This document shows positions 1-8,153 of a stretch of 64,000 nt of DNA, piece after piece. The position numbers and the translations under genes were made by a program. Each line of letters opens with the position of its first letter. The stretch's first letter is position 1. The stretch spans positions 1 to 64,000 of the forward strand of contig JAHQWJ010000143.1 of assembly GCA_029856125.1 (NCBI GenBank), read 5' to 3'. The notes beneath the pieces are model-generated. The model did no database searches and was not told the DNA's origin. It was given only the letters and a program-made list of their open reading frames with translations. Origin of the DNA: Promethearchaeia archaeon (GTDB lineage Archaea; Asgardarchaeota; Lokiarchaeia; Sigyniarchaeales; SOKP01).

Positions 1-2
1 GT

Positions 3-248
3 TTTAACACAATTCAAGAAAATGTAGTTAAAAGGTTAGAATCTATAGATGGAATAGAAAATGTCTTAGAAAATAAAGCAGGAACAGAGTATTCAATATT
101 CACTAATCTAAGTGTCGAGTTTCTTATTGTTAAAATTGAAAACGAAATAAGTAAGGATGCAATCCAAGATTTAAAACAAATTGATTCAAAAATGGAGCAA
201 TTTTTTAGATATAAATTAATTGAGGTGCCCAAAATTGAAGAATTCTAG
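3..248 (+). CDS. 5'-truncated CDS; C-terminal tail resembling the ABC-ATPase C-terminal accessory domain of the downstream gene
   Basis: Frame +3 is open from the window edge to TAG 246-248 (FNTIQENVVKRLESIDGIENVLENKAGTEYSIFTN...MEQFFRYKLIEVPKIEEF*). Pattern resembles the last ~80 aa of 220..1941. Not in the ORF track. Confidence 0.7.
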   Translation, partial: FNTIQENVVKRLESIDGIENVLENKAGTEYSIFTNLSVEFLIVKIENEISKDAIQDLKQIDSKMEQFFRYKLIEVPKIEEF

Positions 249-1941
249 AGAAATCGAGTTGGAACGATTGAGATTAAAAATTTTAGATGCTGTTCGTTTC
301 TCTAAACGTTTCTGGATGACATACAGAGAAAACACATTTGGAATTGCGTCTATTATTAATTTAATCTACAAAAAATCGTTTATTGAAGTTTTGTTCTTTA
401 CTAATAGAGATGTTATTGAAAAGGGAGTGCCTCTATTAAAGATATATACTCCTCTTGAAGATGAAATTGATTTTAGTGAAATTTTATTTGAACCAGATTT
501 TGATGAAGACGGATTGATAAATCCCGTAAAAATTATCCACCATATGAGGAGGCTTATTAGTTCGGAATTCCAAAAGCATCTAAGAATCTTAAATGCTGAA
601 ATTAAGCTAATTGACGAAAAATTTGAGAATTATCAAATTAAAGCTAACCCTTACGATCGAGAGATAAAAATCTCTTACCCTAATTTTACACTGGAACTTA
701 AGATTAATTTAGAAAAATATCCCTTTTTACCAACCTTTTCTTTTTCAAGATCATTATCTAAGATTATCACTGAGAGAGAATTTATCGAGGATGAGATAAT
801 TAAAAATTGGGATAAAGAAAATCCCCCTCACATTTATGAAGTTGTAGAAAAAGTTTGTGATATAGTCTCTGCACGAGTAAAAATAAAAGTGTTAAAAGAA
901 AATTCTCAATATTTAGTTTTAAATCGTCTTACCTTAGGGGATATGATTGATAAATTATCATTCAAAATACACAGAGGAAAATCGATAGGAATAATATTTG
1001 ACGAAAAAAGGTTAACAAAAACTGATCCCAGGCGGGATTTGATGATTTTATTTGACACCATAGCAGGTTCACAATATGATTATTCTGGTTCAATCGAAAT
1101 TTTTGGAAAACCTACTCAGTTGTTAAGTCAATCAGAAAAAGAAAAAATCTTTATTCTCCCTCAGGCATATGATTCAACGATAACAAAAATGAAGATCAAG
1201 AAAGCAATTCGATATCAAATTGATCTACGCGCAATTTACAAGAGAAAAAAAGGGATATTTAATCTAATGCTAAAGAAAGCTGGCTTGGCTCAAAGTTTAG
1301 ATGAAATAATGGAAGAATTCTTAAAGACGGGGTCACATAGAATCAATCGCAAGAATAAATATATAAAAAGAGTTTTAGAATCAACTGGACTACTTAATAA
1401 GAAAAATAAGAGATTCTCAAGGCTGACTCCATTAGAATTTCTTCTTTTTTCAATTACAAGAGCATTAATCCAAACACCTACAATTATCATGTTTTCTATA
1501 CCATTCGGGATTTTAGGTAAACTCGAATATGAAAAGTTTAATTCATATATGGATAAAATCAAAGAAAATTTTCATGTAGTACTAATTTTTCATGGTCCAG
1601 AAGAAATAATATCAAATTGCGACCAAATTTTAACAATTACACAAAACGCTTCTAAAATAGGAACTATTAAAGACTATATTGAAGAATTACCTCAATATGG
1701 TGAAATTTTAAGTATAGAATTGAACAATCCAGATGATTTCTCACTTCATAAACTTAAAGAAATGAAGGAAATTGATGTATTAATTGAAGAAAGAAAAAAT
1801 GAGAAATTTAAAATCTTCATAAAAAATAGTATTACTGACGTAATAATCCAAATCACAGAACTAATGGGGCCAAGCCTTTATAGTTTTAAAAGGACAACCG
1901 CCTCCATCGGTGATTATTTGGAGTTTGTTGAAAATAGATGA
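220..1941 (+). CDS. RWD/UEV(UBC-fold)-like N-terminus fused to a degenerate ABC-type ATPase domain
   Basis: LKINLEKYPFLPTFSF...NWDKENPPHIYEVV resembles RWD/UEV. ABC scaffold LSFKIHRGKSIGII, SGSIEIFG, ITRALIQTPTIIM, CDQILTI is present, but Walker A, signature and Walker B are degenerate. Start uncertain (TTG 220, 235 or 259). Confidence 0.6.
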   Translation: MRCPKLKNSREIELERLRLKILDAVRFSKRFWMTYRENTFGIASIINLIYKKSFIEVLFFTNRDVIEKGVPLLKIYTPLEDEIDFSEILFEPDFDEDGLINPVKIIHHMRRLISSEFQKHLRILNAEIKLIDEKFENYQIKANPYDREIKISYPNFTLELKINLEKYPFLPTFSFSRSLSKIITEREFIEDEIIKNWDKENPPHIYEVVEKVCDIVSARVKIKVLKENSQYLVLNRLTLGDMIDKLSFKIHRGKSIGIIFDEKRLTKTDPRRDLMILFDTIAGSQYDYSGSIEIFGKPTQLLSQSEKEKIFILPQAYDSTITKMKIKKAIRYQIDLRAIYKRKKGIFNLMLKKAGLAQSLDEIMEEFLKTGSHRINRKNKYIKRVLESTGLLNKKNKRFSRLTPLEFLLFSITRALIQTPTIIMFSIPFGILGKLEYEKFNSYMDKIKENFHVVLIFHGPEEIISNCDQILTITQNASKIGTIKDYIEELPQYGEILSIELNNPDDFSLHKLKEMKEIDVLIEERKNEKFKIFIKNSITDVIIQITELMGPSLYSFKRTTASIGDYLEFVENR

Positions 1942-1978
1942 AGTTATTAATTAGATTATAGAAGAGGATATAAAAAAA

Positions 1979-2785
1979 ATGTTAAAAAGTTTATATATCT
2001 TGGATGAACACGGAATTTTATTATATTCCAAAGAGTTCATTAGTGAACAGCAATACGACGACAATATTTTAATAGGATTTTTTACTTCAATAGCTAACTT
2101 TAGCCGGGAAGCTTTAGGAACTGCAGTAAAAAATGTTAACCTCGGAGAAAACAATAAACTTATTCTCACGCCAATTGAGGATGAAGGTCTACTTGGAGCT
2201 GCAATTGTAGGTTCAAATGATAATAACGATTTAGTAACAAAAATAATTAGAGACATCATGCAAGAATTTATTGACTCCTACTCACCAGATTACGATCAAG
2301 AAAAAATCATTAATGAAGAGATGGAGAAAATTATTCAAGATGTTTTAAGAACTAAAATGATTCATTCACCAATAATAAGGATAATGCTTTCTTGGCTAAT
2401 TAACGCTCCTCTTATGATACTCTTAATTTTTGCTAGCATTAATTTAACACTTTTCATCTATATGGCTTTCAATCTCAACCAATATATCACACCCGATCAG
2501 TTGTTTTCGAGATTTTTCCCTGCGTTAATTCTTGTATCTACTGGAAACATTATAATATTATTTCTGTTTCCAAATTTAGTATTCGGCTTTTTATCTCCTA
2601 ATAGAAATATTGCTGTTGTGAATTCTATTATCCACTTAGTTATTACAATTATTTTATTTGCTTACTCATCTGAACCTGCTTTTGGTTATATTATCTTAGG
2701 CCATTTACCTTTAACATTGATATTCTCGCTGTTTTTCTTATTCGTCGGAACAAGATCGTCGTCAAAGAGATTTTTGAAAAAATAG
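1979..2785 (+). CDS. Longin-like domain protein with four C-terminal transmembrane helices
   Basis: N-terminal LYILDEHGILLYSK...ILIGFFTSIANFSREA longin pattern; hydrophobic C-terminal half. Confidence 0.7.
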   Translation: MLKSLYILDEHGILLYSKEFISEQQYDDNILIGFFTSIANFSREALGTAVKNVNLGENNKLILTPIEDEGLLGAAIVGSNDNNDLVTKIIRDIMQEFIDSYSPDYDQEKIINEEMEKIIQDVLRTKMIHSPIIRIMLSWLINAPLMILLIFASINLTLFIYMAFNLNQYITPDQLFSRFFPALILVSTGNIIILFLFPNLVFGFLSPNRNIAVVNSIIHLVITIILFAYSSEPAFGYIILGHLPLTLIFSLFFLFVGTRSSSKRFLKK

Positions 2786-2933
2786 AAGAATTACTCATTT
2801 CTTTTTTCTATTATGGCATACAAAATTGTAAGCATAGGGTTAAATAAATTTGGTTTTTTGTATTATACGGATATTTCTCTATAAAAAGAATTTATCTTTT
2901 TCTCTCAAAGCTCGTTTTTTAGGTGATTAATGT

Positions 2934-4466
2934 TTGAAAGAGGATAATACACAAAAAAAGGGATACAAACCAATTTTAAAAAAATACGAAAAAGAAAAGA
3001 CACTCGTTCTGGAGAGTATTTCAGAACATATCGTCTTTCAAGATAAAAAGCATACTATCTTATGGATAAATAAAGCAGCAGCAGATTCCGTTGAAAAGAC
3101 ACGAGAAGAATTGATAGGAAAGAAATGTTACTCTGTTTGGCAAAAGTCTAATAAATCCTGCATTGATTGCCCAATAGATGCCTCGCTAGAAATAGGTGGC
3201 GCTACATCTGGTGAAATTTCGACTCCAGATGGGAGAGTTTTTATCGTAAGAGGTTTTCCCGTAAGGGATAAAAAAGGAAAAATAATAGGAGCAGTTGAAC
3301 TTACCCAGAATATAACCAAACTCAAACAAACTGAAAAAGATTTAATTTTATCTGAAGAAAGGTATCGGAATCTATTTGAAAGTTCGCCTTATTCTATCGG
3401 CATATTTGATTTAGACGGAACTTTAATTGATTGTAATAAAGCTACGGAAAAGTTTTTGTCCATTCATAATTTAGAAAGGGATTTTATTGGAAAACATTTT
3501 AGAGAATTTTTGGGATATCTTGAGAGAAATAAACCACTTATCCCATTATTCGAAAATACCCTTAATAAGTTAAAGAAAGACGGAGAAACACTAGAATTTC
3601 AATTTCCTGTGAATCGATCAGCGGGAAGTGTGTTGTGGGTTCGCGTTATAGCTTCATTAATAAAAATAGGAAGCGAAGAAAGAATTCAATTCATTGTACA
3701 AGACATTACAGAAAGAAAACAGGCCGAACAAGAATTGAAAACATCGGAAATAAAATATCGAGAAGCGTATAATCGTGTTGATTTTTATAAAGACATTTTT
3801 TCTCACGATATTAACAATATCTTTCAAAATATCCATTCCTCAGTAGAACTAATTGATTTAAATACGGAACAATCGATTAATTTAGAAAAAAACGATGAAT
3901 TGTTGGATATTATTAGAGAACAGATCAAGAGAGGAACTAACCTAGTCTCAAACGTAAGAAGATTATCGGAAATTGAAGGTAAAGACTTAACCTTGCAAAA
4001 GAGTGAAATTATTATAGTTTTAAAAGATGTCATAGACGCTCTTATTAGGGTATATAAAAAAAGAGAGATCAATGTTCAGATTCAGAATGAACCAAAAGAA
4101 GCATATGTCAAGGCAAATGAACTTTTACCAGATATATTTGAAAACATATTAATCAACGCTGTAAGACACAATCGTAATTCTCTTGTTGAGATTCTTATCA
4201 AGTTTTCAAGGGTAGTGAAGGAAGAAGGCAACTTTATCAAACTCGAATTTATTGACAACGGAATCGGTATTTTCCCGGAAATGAAAAAAAAAATCTTTCA
4301 GAGAGGACAAGTTGAGAAAAAGGATAAGATTGGGTTAGGACTTGGTTTAACACTTGTTAAAAAGATAGTCGGAACCTATAATGGCCAAATTTGGGTAGAG
4401 GATAAGTTCGCAGGAGATTATAAAAAGGGAAGCAATTTTATCGTCATTTTACCGGAGGAGGTTTAA
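2934..4466 (+). CDS. PAS-PAS sensor histidine kinase
   Basis: Two PAS/PAC units, H-box FSHDINN, N-box ENILINAVRH, G boxes DNGIGI and GLGLGL; SD-like AGGTGA upstream of the TTG. Confidence 0.93.
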   Translation: MKEDNTQKKGYKPILKKYEKEKTLVLESISEHIVFQDKKHTILWINKAAADSVEKTREELIGKKCYSVWQKSNKSCIDCPIDASLEIGGATSGEISTPDGRVFIVRGFPVRDKKGKIIGAVELTQNITKLKQTEKDLILSEERYRNLFESSPYSIGIFDLDGTLIDCNKATEKFLSIHNLERDFIGKHFREFLGYLERNKPLIPLFENTLNKLKKDGETLEFQFPVNRSAGSVLWVRVIASLIKIGSEERIQFIVQDITERKQAEQELKTSEIKYREAYNRVDFYKDIFSHDINNIFQNIHSSVELIDLNTEQSINLEKNDELLDIIREQIKRGTNLVSNVRRLSEIEGKDLTLQKSEIIIVLKDVIDALIRVYKKREINVQIQNEPKEAYVKANELLPDIFENILINAVRHNRNSLVEILIKFSRVVKEEGNFIKLEFIDNGIGIFPEMKKKIFQRGQVEKKDKIGLGLGLTLVKKIVGTYNGQIWVEDKFAGDYKKGSNFIVILPEEV

Positions 4467-4832
4467 CTGGTTTCAATTTTCATCGTGGAAGACGATTTGT
4501 CCCTGCAAAAGTTGTATGAGATGATGATTTCCACATTTGGGTTCAGAGTTGTTGGAAAAGCGAACAACGGAAAGGAAGCAATTGAAATTTATAACGCATT
4601 AAATAAAAAGCCAAATGTGATTTTAATGGATCACCGTATGCCCGTTCAGAATGGGTTAGACACAGCGCTAATTTTGTTAAAACTTAAAAAACCTCCAAAA
4701 ATCATCTTCACGAGTGCAGATATATCAATTAAAAGCCGAGCCTTAGCAATAGGAGGTTTAACATTTTTAGAAAAACCATTTAGTGTAAAGGCCTTACATG
4801 ATGAGATTATGAAAGCATTAGCAAAAAGTTAA
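4467..4832 (+). CDS. Stand-alone response regulator receiver (CheY-like), probable CTG start
   Basis: VSIFIVEDD, ILMDHRMP, FTSA, LEKPF motifs. The first beta strand lies upstream of the tracked GTG (4485); CTG at 4467 follows GGAGGAGG. Confidence 0.88.
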   Translation: MVSIFIVEDDLSLQKLYEMMISTFGFRVVGKANNGKEAIEIYNALNKKPNVILMDHRMPVQNGLDTALILLKLKKPPKIIFTSADISIKSRALAIGGLTFLEKPFSVKALHDEIMKALAKS

Positions 4833-5031
4833 TTTTTTCACCTACTCAAACCGAGTAAGATTCTTCCTCCTCTGCAAGTTGATTTAAAAGAGTTCAACAA
4901 TATAAATATAAGAAAATTACCTCTTTTTATGAAAGCCTTTTATGGCAAATTTAAAATTAAGCAAATAATTTTCGAACGTATAAAAAATAATTAATCAAAA
5001 TTAAAAAAAAGAGATAAAAAGGTATTAAAAT

Positions 5032-6519
5032 ATGAGCTATAAATTACCAGATGAGAAAGATCTTGAGGCTATGATTGGTATTGTAGGCAAGGAGTACGCC
5101 ACCAATAACAAGGCAATTACAGCGTCTTATCTTTCCAAATCTGTAATGGGATTAGAGGCACAAATTCCTGATATCGTCGTACGCCCCAAATACATCGAAG
5201 AGATTCGTAAGATTCTACTTTACTGCTCAGCAGAAAAAATAGCAGTCTCACCGATTTCAGCCGGACTATCTGGCGGCTTTGCGTGTCCAACTATTAAGCC
5301 TGCCGGAGTTATGCTTGATTTAGGTAGAATGAATAGAATTATCGAAGTTGATACCGAGAATCGATATGTCGTAGTCGAACCGGGAGTCACTATTGGAGAG
5401 CTTTGGGCTTACATGCACAAAAATTACCCAGAATGGGCGCCTCCTGTACCGGATGGTGCTCCACCAGCTTCTACCGTAATGGGTGACGCTATTGATAGAG
5501 GATTTTCCCTTTATACTAGTTCTGTTGGTCCACAAGGTGATAACTTTATGTGCGGTGAGATAGTATTTCCAAACGGAGATATTGTACGAACTGGTTCTTG
5601 GGCTCTTCCATTTGCGAAACCGTTCTATAAATACGGATTAGGTCCAGATATTTGGTCCTTTTTAATGGGTTCACAAGGAGCTTTAGGCGTAATGACTAAA
5701 GTCGCAGTTAAAATATATCCACATCCAAAATTTAAGACCGTAGTTGTGTGGGGTATGTCCAATCCTGAGGATATGCAGGATCTAACACTAGAAATTGGAA
5801 AACAAGAATTTGGAATTGCTCACAACACCGTTATGGTTCAAGGTGGGAATTATCCTTTAGTAATGACGCGTTGGCCAAAAGATAAAGTTCCTCACGATTA
5901 TGAATTCTACGAACAGTTAGGAATTAGTAAGTGGTGGATGAATTGGGAGTGCTGGGCACAAACTCAAGAAGAGCTAGATTATGTGGTTAATAGAATCAAT
6001 AAAATGGCTGAAGATTTCAAGAAAAATAGAGCTAAAGACCCTGATAGTATAAAACCTCAGGAACTACATCCCAAACAAATCGCAAGCAGATTGAAAAAAC
6101 CCAATAAGATTGCGGTTCCTTATTCGTTCTGGGAGGCAGGATTTTTATTCATTACATTCTATACCCCATGGAACGAATGCGCCCATTTTGCTGAAATGTA
6201 TACTGCTGCTATGGAGAAATATGGTTTTCCACCAGTTATGTGGATTGCTAGTATTGAGCGTTGTAGGCAAGCAATTTGTATGCCCATCATTTGTTTTGAT
6301 AGCACAAAACAATCAGATATCGAAAAGGTTCAGGATATGAATAGAGAAACAACAGAATACGCGCTTAAACAAGGGTGGCTTAATTACAGACCGGATCCGT
6401 ACATCCATGCCCCTCTTACATATAGTCAAGCAGGGATGTATTGGAAATATTTGAGAATGATGAAAAAGATGTTTGATCCTAATATGATAATGCATCCTGG
6501 GAGGCTTGCTCTTCCATAA
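5032..6519 (+). CDS. FAD-binding oxidoreductase, VAO/PCMH/GlcD superfamily
   Basis: PDIVVRP, LDLGRMNRIIEVD, VEPGVT, GSQGALGVMTK and C-terminal KKMFDPNMIMHPG motifs. Confidence 0.9.
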   Translation: MSYKLPDEKDLEAMIGIVGKEYATNNKAITASYLSKSVMGLEAQIPDIVVRPKYIEEIRKILLYCSAEKIAVSPISAGLSGGFACPTIKPAGVMLDLGRMNRIIEVDTENRYVVVEPGVTIGELWAYMHKNYPEWAPPVPDGAPPASTVMGDAIDRGFSLYTSSVGPQGDNFMCGEIVFPNGDIVRTGSWALPFAKPFYKYGLGPDIWSFLMGSQGALGVMTKVAVKIYPHPKFKTVVVWGMSNPEDMQDLTLEIGKQEFGIAHNTVMVQGGNYPLVMTRWPKDKVPHDYEFYEQLGISKWWMNWECWAQTQEELDYVVNRINKMAEDFKKNRAKDPDSIKPQELHPKQIASRLKKPNKIAVPYSFWEAGFLFITFYTPWNECAHFAEMYTAAMEKYGFPPVMWIASIERCRQAICMPIICFDSTKQSDIEKVQDMNRETTEYALKQGWLNYRPDPYIHAPLTYSQAGMYWKYLRMMKKMFDPNMIMHPGRLALP

Positions 6520-6540
6520 CTAAGTAAAGAGGTAAAAAAA

Positions 6541-7899
6541 ATGGCTAAAACTGGAATGGAAAGATTAAAAGAATTGGAGAAGGAAATCTATAAGTGTATC
6601 CACTGTAAAGCATGTAGGTTTGCTTATTCAGGAGAACCTAGTAGAGAAGGAATAGGGGAATTCACTGGAAAACAAGGTACAGTTCTTTACGAAGGAATGG
6701 TTGACGCATGTCCAGCTGGAATAGAATACGGTTGGGAAGCGTTTTGGAACGCCGGTAAAATTTGGATCGCTCGTTCGATTTTAAGTGGAGATTTAGAATT
6801 TACTGATGAGGTTAGGGATGTTATTATGCCGTGCATTACATGCGGACAATGTTCAGCCCAATGTGAGAATAAAATACCCACAGTAGACATCATCGAATCT
6901 TTAAGAGCAGCACTCGTAGAATCAGGCGTCCCTATGATAGAAAAGCACCAATTAGTTGATCGTATAGTAAAGGAATTAAACAATCCTTACGGAGGAAAGG
7001 CAGATGAACGATTTAAATGGGCAAAGGATGCTGGTTTAGGGAAATATATAAACAACAAAAACGCAAAAGTTGGATATTACGTCGGTTGTACTGCGAGTTA
7101 TCGACAAGTAGAAGTTGCTATCGCTACAGCAAAGATTTTCGAACAATTAGGCATAGACTTTACATTAATCGAAGAGGAAGTGTGTTGTGGAAGTCCCTTC
7201 TTTAGAATCGGCGCCGTAGATACTGCCCAAATGTTAATGAGGAAAAATCTCGAGGCTTTTAAGAATTTAGATACGGTTTATTTCTCTTGTGCAGGTTGTT
7301 ATCGAACAATAACGATTGATTATCCAAAGTGGATGGCAGAAGACGAGAAACTCCCTTTTAAAACTATGCACGCTTTTGAGTTAGTTTCAAAATTAATCAC
7401 TGAAGGAAAGATCAAATTCAAACCTAATAAAGAACTCAAGGGAAAAATTGTAACCTATCACGATCCTTGCCACACAGGCAGACATTTCGCTCTCGAGATG
7501 GAACAATCCATGATCAAGGAATCTACAAATTTAATGTTTGATATGCGCGAGGTAAACAAAGCGATCGACGAATGGTTTGAGATTCCTCGAGTAATTTTGA
7601 GGAAACTTGAAGAAGACGTCGGGATTAAGTTTACTGAGATGTATCGTATAAAGAACAATTCGATGTGTTGTGGGGCTGGTGGGGGAGTAAGAGCAGGTTA
7701 CCCTGAGTTCTCATTACGAACTGCAAGTCTACGATGCGACGAAGCTAATGCAGTAAAGGCAGATATTCTAACAACTGAATGCCCCTTTTGCTGGAGAAAT
7801 TTAAGCGATGCAAATGAGCAATACAATCATGGCATGCAAGTAATGGGCGTTCTTGAAATGATATCCAAATACAATTTATTAGATATTACATCAAAATAA
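6541..7899 (+). CDS. Fe-S oxidoreductase, HdrD/GlpC/GlcF-like (CCG domains)
   Basis: CIHCKAC...CP and CITCGQCSAQC ferredoxin motifs; GC...CCG...CAGC and HDPCH...CCGAGGG...ECPFC. Confidence 0.9.
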   Translation: MAKTGMERLKELEKEIYKCIHCKACRFAYSGEPSREGIGEFTGKQGTVLYEGMVDACPAGIEYGWEAFWNAGKIWIARSILSGDLEFTDEVRDVIMPCITCGQCSAQCENKIPTVDIIESLRAALVESGVPMIEKHQLVDRIVKELNNPYGGKADERFKWAKDAGLGKYINNKNAKVGYYVGCTASYRQVEVAIATAKIFEQLGIDFTLIEEEVCCGSPFFRIGAVDTAQMLMRKNLEAFKNLDTVYFSCAGCYRTITIDYPKWMAEDEKLPFKTMHAFELVSKLITEGKIKFKPNKELKGKIVTYHDPCHTGRHFALEMEQSMIKESTNLMFDMREVNKAIDEWFEIPRVILRKLEEDVGIKFTEMYRIKNNSMCCGAGGGVRAGYPEFSLRTASLRCDEANAVKADILTTECPFCWRNLSDANEQYNHGMQVMGVLEMISKYNLLDITSK

Positions 7900-7915
7900 G
7901 TGAGTAGAATTACTC

Positions 7916-7934
7916 CTTTTTTTTTATCTTTTTT
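7916..7934 (+). terminator. Oligo-T tract, putative archaeal intrinsic terminator
   Basis: Long T runs just after the stop of the 5032-7899 operon. Confidence 0.5.
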
Positions 7935-8153
7935 AATTTATATTTTGAGTTATTTTACATATAATTACTAAAATCAGTAATTAGAAAGCATTTCTAAAAA
8001 CGCTTCGAGTCGAGTCATTATTTGTCTTGGTGCGAAGTTTCGTTGGTATCATATTGATAATTTCAAATGCATCAAACAAAATAATACTAAAAAAATAAAT
8101 TCGAAAATTTTTATTATTGTTATACTATTAAAAAGAAGTTTGGGGTTTTTTAG

